Positions 55,046 to 64,000 of a stretch of 64,000 bases of DNA are shown here, one piece after another (position 1 is the first letter of the stretch; every line of letters begins with the position of its first letter). The notes under the pieces are model-generated. The model searched no databases, was not told the origin of the DNA, and saw only the letters and a list, made by a program, of their open reading frames with translations. The DNA comes from Myxococcales bacterium (GTDB lineage Bacteria > Myxococcota_A > Polyangia > Polyangiales > DASUME01). The position numbers and the translations under genes were made by a program. The stretch is from contig JASGJH010000001.1 in assembly GCA_047601445.1 (NCBI GenBank), positions 9,056,001 to 9,120,000 on the forward strand, written 5' to 3'.

Positions 55046-55704
55046 GTCCGAAAGACGGCGCCAAGCGCGCCAAGGCGGACATGTACCGGCGCCTCATCCT
55101 CGAGGCGGCCGAGCGCATCTTCGCCAGCGCGGGCTTCGAAGACGCCAAGATCCAGGACATCGCCCAGGGAGCGGGCATTTCGCTCGGCACGCTCTACACC
55201 GTGTTCCCGGGCAAGTCCGAGATCTACGACGCCGTCCAGGAGCAGCGCGGTCGCGAGATTCTCGAGAGCATCTTCCGCGCCTTGCAGGGACACGAGGGCG
55301 TGTACGACGCCTCCATGCGCGGCATCGAAGCCTACGTGCGCTCGCTGGTAGAGCGCCCGGCCTATCTGCGCATGCACCTGCGGGAAGGCCTGTCATGGAC
55401 CGAGCGGGATTCCATGCGCAGCGGGGAACAGCGTGCGATCTGGGAGCGCGGTGTGTCCATCGCGGTGAGCCTGCTGCAGGCAGGTATCGAGCAGGGCTAC
55501 TTCCACGGCGAGAATCCGCCGGAGCTGCTGCTCAAGATGATGATCGCCAGTCACCAGGTCCAGATCAAGGACTGGCTCGATCGCGGCGCCGTGCCGAGCG
55601 AGGTGGACTCGCTGGTGGCGCGCATGCAGGCACATTTTTCGCGCGCGTTCGTGCGCGACGAGAGTGCACGGGCGAACAAGAACAAGAAGCGTGTGAGCGG
55701 GTAG
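55033..55704 (+). CDS. TetR/AcrR family transcriptional regulator
   Basis: ILEAAERIFASAGFEDAKIQDIAQGAGISLGTLYTVFPGK. Confidence 0.93.
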   Translation: MGRLSPKDGAKRAKADMYRRLILEAAERIFASAGFEDAKIQDIAQGAGISLGTLYTVFPGKSEIYDAVQEQRGREILESIFRALQGHEGVYDASMRGIEAYVRSLVERPAYLRMHLREGLSWTERDSMRSGEQRAIWERGVSIAVSLLQAGIEQGYFHGENPPELLLKMMIASHQVQIKDWLDRGAVPSEVDSLVARMQAHFSRAFVRDESARANKNKKRVSG

Positions 55705-55715
55705 GGGAGAGAGTC

Positions 55716-57122
55716 ATGCAGACAGAGGCCAGCGTAGGCAGCACAGGCAAGTCCCGCGGCAACACCGCGCCATCCAAGAGCTACCGAGCGGTTCCGACGG
55801 TCTCGGGCGGTCTGCCGGTGCTCGGTCACAGCATCGAGTTCGCCGCCAATTTGTTGGGGCTGGTGAAGCGCGGTTACCAGGAGCACGGCGAGGTCGCGGG
55901 GCTCAAGGTGTTCGGCCGCAACATCGTGCTCTTGAGCGGCACCGACGCCCAGGAGGCCCTGTTTCGGGCGCCCGACGAGGTGTTGAGCCCGAACGAGGCC
56001 TACAAGATCATGACGCCCGTGTTCGGCAAGGACGTCGTGTACGACGCCAGCCCCGAGCGCATGGGTGAGCAACTCGGCATGCTGCGACCCGCGCTGCAGG
56101 ACAAGCGCATGCGCACCTATGGCGAGATCGTGGCCGAGGAGACCCGGCGCGCTGTATCGAGCTGGGGCGAGCGCGGCGAGCTCGATTTGGTGGAGTTCTG
56201 TGCCTCGCTGACCAACTTCACCTCCACCCACTGCCTGCTCGGGCGCGAGTTCCGCGAACAGATGAGCACCGAGTTCGCGCAGGTCTACTACGACCTGGAG
56301 CGCGGCGTGACCCCGGCGGCGTACATCCATCCGAACCTGCCGCTGCCTTCCATGCGCAAGCGCGATAAGGCCCGCGTGCGCCTGGTGGAGATGATCGAAG
56401 AGATCGTGAATCAGCGCCAGCGCAGCGGCAGCCGCGGCGAGGACTTCCTGCAGACCTTGATGGACGCGGAGTACAAGAACGGGGACAAGCTTACGCCCCA
56501 CGAGATCACCGGCATGTTGCTGGCAGCCATGTTCGCCGGTCACCACACCAGCAGCGTGACCACGGCGTGGACCCTGATCGAGCTCGCGCGCACCCCAGAC
56601 TATCTCGACCGCGTTCTCAACGAGCTGCACACGGTGTACAGGCCTGGGGACGACGTGACCTTCCAGTCGCTGCGTCAGATCCCGCTCACCGAGTACGCCG
56701 TCAAGGAATCGCTGCGGCTTCACCCCCCGCTCTACATCCTCCTGCGTTCGGCCCTCGTGGACTTCGAGTACCGGGACTATCTGCTGCCCAAGGGCACCTG
56801 GCTCGCCACGTCGCCCTGGGTCTCGCACCGCATTCCCGGCATCTTCCCCGAGCCGGAGCGCTTCGATCCGGACCGCTTCGCCCCGGGTCGCGAGGAGGAC
56901 AAGAAACAGTTCTCGTTCATCGCCTTCGGCGGCGGGCGCCACAAGTGCCTCGGCAACGCGTTCGCCATGCTGCAGGTCAAGACCATCTTCGCCATCTTGT
57001 TGCGCGGCTTCGAATTCGAGGTCCTGCACGACCCGATCATCCCGGAGAGCGGCCTGGTCATGGGGCCCAAGAAGCCATTCCGCGTGCGGTATCGTCGGCT
57101 GCGCCCCAACGGTCAATTCTGA
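55716..57122 (+). CDS. cyp51: cytochrome P450, CYP51 (sterol 14-alpha-demethylase) family
   Basis: YKIMTPVFGKDVVYDA (SRS1), AAMFAGHHTSS (I helix), ESLR, PERFDP, FGGGRHKCLG heme motif. Confidence 0.9.
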   Translation: MQTEASVGSTGKSRGNTAPSKSYRAVPTVSGGLPVLGHSIEFAANLLGLVKRGYQEHGEVAGLKVFGRNIVLLSGTDAQEALFRAPDEVLSPNEAYKIMTPVFGKDVVYDASPERMGEQLGMLRPALQDKRMRTYGEIVAEETRRAVSSWGERGELDLVEFCASLTNFTSTHCLLGREFREQMSTEFAQVYYDLERGVTPAAYIHPNLPLPSMRKRDKARVRLVEMIEEIVNQRQRSGSRGEDFLQTLMDAEYKNGDKLTPHEITGMLLAAMFAGHHTSSVTTAWTLIELARTPDYLDRVLNELHTVYRPGDDVTFQSLRQIPLTEYAVKESLRLHPPLYILLRSALVDFEYRDYLLPKGTWLATSPWVSHRIPGIFPEPERFDPDRFAPGREEDKKQFSFIAFGGGRHKCLGNAFAMLQVKTIFAILLRGFEFEVLHDPIIPESGLVMGPKKPFRVRYRRLRPNGQF

Positions 57123-57134
57123 GGAGAACGACAC

Positions 57135-57326
57135 ATGAAGATCGTCATCGATTGGGGTCTGTGCCAGGGGCACGCGAACTGCACCGGCGACGCTCCCGAC
57201 GTGTTTTCGGTGGACGACAACGGCAAGCTCACTGTGCTGCTCCCGGAGCCGCCCGAAGAGATGCGAAGCCAGCTGGAGCTCGCGGTCCGCTACTGTCCGA
57301 CGGGCGCGATTCGGATCGAGGGCTAA
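57135..57326 (+). CDS. fdx: 3Fe-4S ferredoxin (P450 partner)
   Basis: CQGHANC...CPTGAI; GAGGAG RBS right after cyp51. Confidence 0.9.
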   Translation: MKIVIDWGLCQGHANCTGDAPDVFSVDDNGKLTVLLPEPPEEMRSQLELAVRYCPTGAIRIEG

Positions 57327-57429
57327 CGAGTCATTCGGCCTACGGCTCGTCTTGCTCGCGGGCGGGCTCGCCTGCTTCGGCGCGACGTGTGAAGTAAACA
57401 GAGCGTACTTTACGTGGTAGGAAGGTGCG

Positions 57430-59355
57430 ATGGGCATCGGGCGACCTCTGGTTCTCTCTTCGCTGTGGGTGACGGCGGCTCTTACAGCCTGTGGTGACGC
57501 CTCGACTCCCAGCGCCGACGCCGGGGCGGACTCGGGAGTCGTGAGCCCACTCGGTCCCTGCAAGCGACGCAATCCGACCCGCGATCCCTTCTTCGGCGAC
57601 CTGCACGCGCACACGGCCCTCTCGCTCGACGCGAACCTGCAAGGGACTCGGTTGCGCCCGGCGGATGCCTACCGGTTCGCACGCGGTGAGACCGTGGGGC
57701 TGCCGCCCTACGACAGCGCGAACAATCCGCAGCGCACGCTCACGCTATCGCGCCCGCTCGACTTCGTGGCCCTGTCGGATCACGCGGAGTTCCTGGGCCT
57801 GGTCACCACCTGCCTCACGCCTGGGCTGCCTGGCTACGACTCCAGCGAATGCACCCAATACCGAGACGACCCGGATACGGCGTTCCTGCTGCTCAACAGC
57901 CAGCTCGCCGCCGACCAGTCGACTGCGGGCTACCGGACTCCGTGCGACCAAGCCAACAACTTCTGCGACTCCGCGGCGCTCAGCGCCTGGAATGAAGTGA
58001 AGGCTGAGGCCGAAGCGGCCAACGACGAGAGCGAGGAGTGCGCGTTCACGGCCTTCGTGGCCTACGAATGGTCCGCTTCTCCCGGCACCCTGAACCTCCA
58101 TCGCAACGTCATCTTCCGCAACCAGAGTGTGCCGACTCTGCCGTTTAACTACTTCGATGGCAGCGAAGAAGAAGAGCTCTGGGACGCGCTCGACAAGGAC
58201 TGCCTCCAGGCCGGCAGCGGCTGCGACGCTTTGACCATCCCGCACAACTCCAACCTTTCGGCGGGCCTGATGTTCGAGCCCGTGAAGGCCGATGGGCAGG
58301 CCTTCGACAAGGCCTACGCCGAGCGCAGGGCGGCGTTCGAGCCGTTGGTGGAGATCTTCCAGCACAAGGGCAGCTCCGAGTGCTTGCCCGAGATGGGGCC
58401 GGACGAGTTCTGCAACTTCGAGAAGATGCCCTACAACACGCTGTCCACCGTGGTCTTCGGGCTGCAGCCCGACAAGCTGGTGCCGCGAGACTACGTGCGG
58501 GATGCGCTCGGCCAGGGGCTGCGCTTTCAGGCCACGCTCGGGGCCAACCCGTTCGGCTACGGCTTCGTGGCGAGCACCGATACGCATATGGGCACGCCCG
58601 GCGGCGTGGAGGACGACAAGTTTCAGGGTCACGGTGGGGCAGGCTCGAACGCACGCGATGCGCTGCCGCAGGGCCTGGTCGACCACGTGTGGCTCAACCC
58701 CGGTGGCCTGGCGGTGCTCTGGGCCGAGGAGAACCGCCGCGACTCGCTGTTCGACGCCATGCGTAGACGCGAGGCCTACGCCACGAGTGGATCGCGCATT
58801 GTGCTGCGCTTCTTCGGCGGCTCCGACATCCCTGACAACCTGTGTGGTGCCGCAGACTTCGTGCAGCAAGGCTACGCGCTCGGGGTGCCGATGGGAGGCG
58901 AGCTCAAGTCCCAGCAGCCACCCAAGTTCGCCGTCTACGCACTGAAGGACGCGGGCACAGCCGAGCTGCCTGGCGTGCCCTTGCAGCGCGTTCAGATCAT
59001 CAAGGGCTGGCTCGAGAACGACAGCGTGCAGTACGCCATCTACGACGCAGCGGGGGGCGGCAACGACGCCAACGTCGATCCCAACACCTGCGAGCGCAGC
59101 GGCGCCGGCCAAGACGAGCTGTGCGGGGTCTGGACCGATCCCGACTTCGATCCGGCGCAGCACGCCTTCTACTACGCGCGCGTGCTCGAGAACCCCAGCT
59201 GCCGCTGGCATGCCCTGCAGTGCAGCCGCGCGGGCGTGACTTGCGGGGCGGATGGCCCGAGCAAGCCTGGTTTCGAGGGCTGCTGCGACGAGCGCTATCC
59301 CAAGGTGCAGCAGGAGCGCGCCTGGTCGAGCCCCATCTTCTACAAGGCCTTGTGA
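57430..59355 (+). CDS. DUF3604 family lipoprotein (PHP-like metal-binding fold)
   Basis: Lipobox LTA-C; FGDLHAHT, DFVALSDH, NLHRNV, IPHNSN, STDTH, QERAWSSPI. Confidence 0.85.
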   Translation: MGIGRPLVLSSLWVTAALTACGDASTPSADAGADSGVVSPLGPCKRRNPTRDPFFGDLHAHTALSLDANLQGTRLRPADAYRFARGETVGLPPYDSANNPQRTLTLSRPLDFVALSDHAEFLGLVTTCLTPGLPGYDSSECTQYRDDPDTAFLLLNSQLAADQSTAGYRTPCDQANNFCDSAALSAWNEVKAEAEAANDESEECAFTAFVAYEWSASPGTLNLHRNVIFRNQSVPTLPFNYFDGSEEEELWDALDKDCLQAGSGCDALTIPHNSNLSAGLMFEPVKADGQAFDKAYAERRAAFEPLVEIFQHKGSSECLPEMGPDEFCNFEKMPYNTLSTVVFGLQPDKLVPRDYVRDALGQGLRFQATLGANPFGYGFVASTDTHMGTPGGVEDDKFQGHGGAGSNARDALPQGLVDHVWLNPGGLAVLWAEENRRDSLFDAMRRREAYATSGSRIVLRFFGGSDIPDNLCGAADFVQQGYALGVPMGGELKSQQPPKFAVYALKDAGTAELPGVPLQRVQIIKGWLENDSVQYAIYDAAGGGNDANVDPNTCERSGAGQDELCGVWTDPDFDPAQHAFYYARVLENPSCRWHALQCSRAGVTCGADGPSKPGFEGCCDERYPKVQQERAWSSPIFYKAL

Positions 59356-60275
59356 GGGGGGCGGCGCACGCGCCGGTTGCCCGTGTCGCGCGGCAGCTGC
59401 TCGGGTTTTTCATCCTGGGCTCGAGCCTGTTCGGGCTCAAGCAGGCGCTCGGCTCGGCTGACCGCCTGCCGACCCTGGTGGTCCATGTGCCAGCGCGCGC
59501 ATCCGCCGAAGAAGTCGAACAGGCCATCGATGAAGCCGTGCTGGTGGATCGCAGCCTGTCCCGCGGGGGCGCGTTGCTCGATCCCATCGTGCGCGACCAG
59601 GTCCTGCGCAGCATGCGTGTGTCCACGGGCGTCGATGACGCTGAGAGCGAGCAGGAGCTGCTCGACCGCGCGCTCTCGCTGGGGTTGCATCGGGCGGATC
59701 CGCTCATCCGCAAGCGCCTCGCGTTTCAGGCCGAGCAGGTCTTGCGCGGGCGCCTGCACGCCGACGAGCCAGCTCCGGGGGAGCTCGAGCATTACCTCTC
59801 GGCCCACGCTGAGCGCTACCGGCATCCGGCGCGCGTGTCGTTCGCGCACGCCTTCGTCAGCCGTAGTCGGCATCCGGACGATCTCGCGGCCGCCAGCGCG
59901 CGCGTCGGCGAAAGGCTCGCGCGAGATCGACCAGACGCCCGCGCGGTCTTCGGCTACTCCGAACCTACCATCCTGCCGCTCGAGCTCGCTCGCGTGACCG
60001 ACGCAGAGGTCACTTCGCGTTTCGGGCCATCATTCGCCAAGGGCCTTGGCGCAGCGCCGATCGGCGTCTGGCAGGGCCCCCTCGACTCGAGCTACGGCCA
60101 ACACTTCGTCTTCGTGCAAGAGCGTGAGCCGGCGCGACTCGGCAATCTGGAGGAGCTCCGGTCACGTCTATTGGCTGATCGTGAGCGCGACCAGAAGGTG
60201 CTCTTGGTGGCTCGCGAGCTCCGTCGGCTGCGCACCGACTATCGGGTCGAGGTCCAGCGAGCGAGCGCGAACTGA
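59352..60275 (+). CDS. PpiC/parvulin-like peptidyl-prolyl isomerase domain protein
   Basis: N-terminal TM; DPLIRKRL; RFGPSFA; WQGPLDSSYGQHFV; GTGA overlap with the DUF3604 gene. Confidence 0.8.
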   Translation: MRGAAHAPVARVARQLLGFFILGSSLFGLKQALGSADRLPTLVVHVPARASAEEVEQAIDEAVLVDRSLSRGGALLDPIVRDQVLRSMRVSTGVDDAESEQELLDRALSLGLHRADPLIRKRLAFQAEQVLRGRLHADEPAPGELEHYLSAHAERYRHPARVSFAHAFVSRSRHPDDLAAASARVGERLARDRPDARAVFGYSEPTILPLELARVTDAEVTSRFGPSFAKGLGAAPIGVWQGPLDSSYGQHFVFVQEREPARLGNLEELRSRLLADRERDQKVLLVARELRRLRTDYRVEVQRASAN

Positions 60276-60285
60276 GGCCCGAGCA

Positions 60286-60993
60286 CTACTTCACCTGTTC
60301 GACCTTCATGTCCCTGCAGCGCAAGACGTCGCGGCAAGTTTCGCTCACCAGGCCGGCGTCGCGCCGCCGCTGCAAGTCGGCGCAGTCCGTGGCCTTGAGG
60401 ACGTCTGCGCAGCCCGCGAGCTCTCCGGGCACGAGCTCGCATTGACCCGTCACGAGCTTGGATTCGATCAACACCGACAGCTTGCTCGTCTCCACCTCAC
60501 CGACGATGGCTGCCTCCTCCGCGTCGCGTCCCTCGCAGGACATGATGCGCGCCGAGAGCTGCTGCGCGTAGGCCGCCACCTTGGCCTTTGCCTCGGGCGT
60601 CAGGTTGCGGTCCCAGCCTTCCATGATGATGGGCTGCGCCAGGGTCTCGCATCTCATGGCGGACAGTTCCTTCGAGCAGGTCGCCGACGGAGCAGTGTCG
60701 AGGGCGCACGAAGTCGACGCGAAAGCCGAGGCGAGATCGCGGACAAGGTCAGCGGCGTGAAGGTCGAGCAAGCCCTTTTCCTCTGGAGTGAGCTCCTTGC
60801 CTTGCTCCGCCTGGTAACACGACGAGATGCGCAGACCGACGGCGGCGGCCAGCGTGGGGTCCACCTTGCGCTTGGCCTGCTTGGAGCGCTTCTTGAGCGC
60901 ATAGGGATTCTCGAATTTCATCCCATCCTGGGCCAGCGCGGACGCACCGCCCAATGTGACCACAAGTAACCACAGGCATGCGGAGCGTTTCAC
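60286..60993 (-). CDS. hypothetical exported Cys-rich protein
   Basis: Signal peptide ending ALA-Q; two internal repeats with C..C..C pattern. Confidence 0.65.
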   Translation of the reverse strand: MKRSACLWLLVVTLGGASALAQDGMKFENPYALKKRSKQAKRKVDPTLAAAVGLRISSCYQAEQGKELTPEEKGLLDLHAADLVRDLASAFASTSCALDTAPSATCSKELSAMRCETLAQPIIMEGWDRNLTPEAKAKVAAYAQQLSARIMSCEGRDAEEAAIVGEVETSKLSVLIESKLVTGQCELVPGELAGCADVLKATDCADLQRRRDAGLVSETCRDVLRCRDMKVEQVK

Positions 60994-61199
60994 TTCTGTA
61001 CCTCGGCCAGGTGGCTCTTGCGGCTGCGCATCGCGACACCGAAGCCGTAGATGGCAAAACCCGCGAAGAATCCGAACAGATAGCAGCCTCCGAGACCCCA
61101 CGGTCCCCAGTTGGACGTGGCGGCGGGCTCGGACTCGGCGGCGACCTTACTTGCCAAGCAGGTCCACATCAGGAGGCTTGCACCTACCGCGTGCTTCAC
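60990..61199 (-). CDS. small hypothetical membrane protein
   Basis: Signal-like N terminus plus TM; GTGA overlap with the downstream gene. Confidence 0.5.
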   Translation of the reverse strand: MKHAVGASLLMWTCLASKVAAESEPAATSNWGPWGLGGCYLFGFFAGFAIYGFGVAMRSRKSHLAEVQK

Positions 61200-61305
61200 C
61201 GACGAACGTGCTCGAAGACCCACCATACTCGCGATCCTATCATCGCTTGATGCGTGCTTGTGAAGAGCACTGCCACTGCCCTACGATCGAGGAACAGGGC
61301 GGGGG

Positions 61306-62910
61306 ATGCGTTTCGAGATCTTTCTCAGCAAGCTGCCGCGTGCGGCGGCCGATCGCGTTTTGTCTGAAATGGACGAGATGCCGAAGGGCCTCAGTAAGGG
61401 CGTGCTCAATCGCGCCTTGGAGACCCGCACCGTGCCGACGGTGTGCGTCGCCTTCAGCGAAGACAAGCGCGTCGTCAACGAGATCGAGGACTGGTTGGTG
61501 TCCCTGGGCGCCGACTGTCGGGTGGTCGATCACGGCAACATCTTCCAGAAGCTCTCGACCTTCGTCTCCGAGAAGCTAGGCGCCGCGCGCTATCGCGAAG
61601 ACGAGCCCAACAAGGCGCAGCCGCTGATCAAGCTCGGCAAGGGCGCGAATTCCCAGTCACTGGGAGCCGAGCTGACGAGCCATGCGCTGCGCTACCTCTT
61701 GCAGTTCGTCTTCGTGGGCGTGCTCCTGATGTGGAGTCGCTGGCTCGCGATGGGGCTCGAGAAGCTGCTGGCTGCGCCGTGGTTGATGGCACAGCTGGCG
61801 GCGTGTGGCGTCGGATTGCTCGCTTCGTACGTGCTCGTGGAGAGCACCCAGGCGATTCGTGCGGGCAAGCTGCGCTTGGCCAAGGCCGCGCCCATCGCGG
61901 TCGTGCCGATCGCGCTCACCGTGGGGTCGTTGTTCTTGGTCGATCTGGGGCGCTCGGCAGTCGACGAGGCGGGGCCACCCATTAGTCGGCCACCGTCTCA
62001 GCCGTTCGCGGGACTGCTCACGGAGTTGCGTCGCCGCGAAATGGCGGGCGAGCAACCGACCGGATTCGAGCCTCCGCCCGTCACGGCCGAGCAGGCCACG
62101 CGAGACGAGGCTCAGTCGTCGGCTTCGGCCCGCGATGCCCTCTGGTGCTTCACGGGCGAAGAAGTGTCCGTCGACTGCGCGACCGAGTTCGGCTGGGAGG
62201 AGTCCCAGGCTTGTCTCCCACTGCCCACGGATGGCGCGCGCCTGCTCGAACCCTACGAAGTCCCGCTCGAACTCGAGCCCACCACCGAGGAAGCTCAGCC
62301 CGTGCTCCTCCCGGTGGCGGCTGCCGCGAAGCCCCGGCCCGTCGTTCGGCCGTGGAGTCTCTCGTTGGAGGCCGTGCCACTGGCGCTCGTGGTGGGGGCG
62401 TGGTTCGTGGCACTGCTCGGGATGCAACTTTGGTTCGAGCGCCGGCTCAAGCGGGCGAGTGCGCAAGGGCCCGTGAGCGCAGTGGCTGTCGCCGTGTCCA
62501 AGGAGGAGCTCGCTCGGCAGGCCTCCGAGGCGCAGCTCCTGTCGTCGCTGCAAGAAGAGCTCGCGCGCACCCAGGCCGCATCCGCAGAGCTGGCTGCCGA
62601 GCAGGGCGCTCTCGCGGAGCAGAACTCCCGCCACGAAAGCGAGATTGAGCGGCTGCAGGCCGCCCTGGCCGAAGCCAAGGAGCAACTCGCCGAAGCGCGC
62701 ACGGCGCTGGTGGAGGCCTTCGAGCGCGACAGCGAGGTCCCGGTCAGTCGCACCACGGTGGCCAACCAGCAGACAGCGCCTCGCGCCAACGTCCCCGCAC
62801 CTGCCCGTGAACGACCCGCTCCGCCGCGGCCGCAGCCAGCCCAGCACGGTTCGTCGTATTCCGTGACGGCGGCGCAGGAAGAGCGCATCTCACCTCGTCG
62901 TCGCGGCTAG
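61306..62910 (+). CDS. hypothetical multi-TM protein with C-terminal coiled coil
   Basis: 534-aa ORF; about 4 hydrophobic segments; heptad-rich EELART..LAEAR region. Confidence 0.7.
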   Translation: MRFEIFLSKLPRAAADRVLSEMDEMPKGLSKGVLNRALETRTVPTVCVAFSEDKRVVNEIEDWLVSLGADCRVVDHGNIFQKLSTFVSEKLGAARYREDEPNKAQPLIKLGKGANSQSLGAELTSHALRYLLQFVFVGVLLMWSRWLAMGLEKLLAAPWLMAQLAACGVGLLASYVLVESTQAIRAGKLRLAKAAPIAVVPIALTVGSLFLVDLGRSAVDEAGPPISRPPSQPFAGLLTELRRREMAGEQPTGFEPPPVTAEQATRDEAQSSASARDALWCFTGEEVSVDCATEFGWEESQACLPLPTDGARLLEPYEVPLELEPTTEEAQPVLLPVAAAAKPRPVVRPWSLSLEAVPLALVVGAWFVALLGMQLWFERRLKRASAQGPVSAVAVAVSKEELARQASEAQLLSSLQEELARTQAASAELAAEQGALAEQNSRHESEIERLQAALAEAKEQLAEARTALVEAFERDSEVPVSRTTVANQQTAPRANVPAPARERPAPPRPQPAQHGSSYSVTAAQEERISPRRRG

Positions 62911-62952
62911 GCCGCGCGCACGATCGCGGCTTTGTAACGCCTGTGGATCGGG

Positions 62953-63354
62953 TCAGGCCGCGAGGATACGCGTGACGCCTGCTTGCGCCTGCTCGATCCA
63001 GCGAGCCGCTTCCGCGTCGCGCTTGGCATCGACGTTGGCGTGGGTGCCCGCCAGGTAGATCGGCGACCCATCCCAGGACACCGCCTGCACGTGCAGCATG
63101 CCGTGGCCCAGGTTGGAGTTGGCCGGCATGGCGCCCTCACTCGACAGGATGGGGGCCACCGCTGCCAACTCGGAGCACAGCTCGTCGTCGCCTGCGTGCG
63201 CGATCAAGAGGCCCTCCGCCGTGGCGAGCACCACCGCGTCGAGGCTGGCTGCGTGCTTCACCTGCGCGAGCTGAAGCGAGAGCGCGGTGTGGGCGTCGTC
63301 CGAGCGCTGTCTGCGACGTTCCGCAGCGGGTCGGGTTGGTTGCATCATCGGCAT
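62953..63354 (-). CDS. roadblock/LC7 (MglB-like) domain protein
   Basis: LDAVVLATAEGLLIAHAG..ELAA pattern; GAGGAGG RBS. Confidence 0.7.
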   Translation of the reverse strand: MPMMQPTRPAAERRRQRSDDAHTALSLQLAQVKHAASLDAVVLATAEGLLIAHAGDDELCSELAAVAPILSSEGAMPANSNLGHGMLHVQAVSWDGSPIYLAGTHANVDAKRDAEAARWIEQAQAGVTRILAA

Positions 63355-63446
63355 GGCACCTCCTCGAAGAGTGGGCGCCCATGATCCGTGTGAGTGTTTG
63401 TGCGCCGCAAGAAAGCGACGCACCACGTAAGCGTATGGCTGAACGC

Positions 63447-64000
63447 CTATGCAGCCGGCTCGGACGGCCCCGCTTCCTGGGCCTCCTCGAGTCGGGACAG
63501 GGCCGCAAGCACGAGCGGAATCACCCTTGCCGCCGCGCTCACGTCAGGCCGGTAGTGCAGAAACAGACCCGAGAGCGTGCCGAAGACGCGACCCAGCATC
63601 ACGAACTCTTCCGGCAGACGCACCATCGGGTCGTCCTCGATGAAGCGCGCCATCAGCGCGACCTGAGCGAGTAGCTCCACCTGATTCGGCCAGTCGCCGC
63701 CCCGGGCGGCCACCACGCCCATCTGCTCGAGCACCACCTTTGCGTACGCCTCGAGTCCCTCCACGCTCCCACTCTGGGTCACGAAGCCCATGGACTGCAT
63801 GGCAAAGGCCATCTTGGCGGCATCCTTGGCCACGAACGCGCGCGCCAGATCCACGAGCAGTGCTCGCTGCGCCAGCGGCACCTCCTTGGCGCAGCCGAAG
63901 TCGAGCACCACGAGATTGCCGGCGGCGTCGGCGAGCAGGTTTCCCGGATGCGGATCCGCCTGAAATACCCCGAGGTCGAGGGCCTGACGCGTATACGCCT
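63447..64000 (-). CDS. ABC1/UbiB/AarF atypical kinase (C-terminal part; runs off the window)
   Basis: FQADPHPGNLL..VVLDFGC. Confidence 0.88.
   Translation of the reverse strand, partial: AYTRQALDLGVFQADPHPGNLLADAAGNLVVLDFGCAKEVPLAQRALLVDLARAFVAKDAAKMAFAMQSMGFVTQSGSVEGLEAYAKVVLEQMGVVAARGGDWPNQVELLAQVALMARFIEDDPMVRLPEEFVMLGRVFGTLSGLFLHYRPDVSAAARVIPLVLAALSRLEEAQEAGPSEPAA

Noticed and set aside
55026..57122. 698-aa P450 with a long N-terminal extension
   Set aside because: The extension is an alternate frame of tetR; the P450 starts at ATG 55716 after a GGGGAG RBS.

Overview
High-GC, gene-dense bacterial chromosomal segment. The gene content (Hanks kinase with a TonB-C/AgmX-like tail, Cys-rich DAG-repeat lipoproteins, roadblock protein, CYP51) suggests Myxococcota/Polyangiales; this assignment is inference. 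I found no rRNA, tRNA, CRISPR array or mobile element. The window holds: alpha-2-macroglobulin + PBP1C, leuS, a four-gene trans-envelope kinase module, a class II photolyase converging on a crtY-crtE-crtI-crtB operon with candidate CarH/CarA-type operators, a MacAB-like ABC exporter, and a globin-thyA-folA-thioesterase operon carrying a 4x33-bp hairpin repeat. The most interesting locus is 49011-57326, a divergent cluster that looks like a sterol demethylation system. It encodes an NSDHL/Erg26-like dehydrogenase and a START-like protein on one side, and a Rieske oxygenase, an ALDH resembling the orphan eukaryotic Msc7/ALDH22 family, a GMC oxidoreductase, TetR, CYP51 and a ferredoxin on the other. 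Four separate genes are each broken by the same +1 change (CGATC to CGATTC on the + strand), which points to a systematic sequencing error at a possibly modified GATC motif. Family assignments come from motif recognition by eye; no database search was run.
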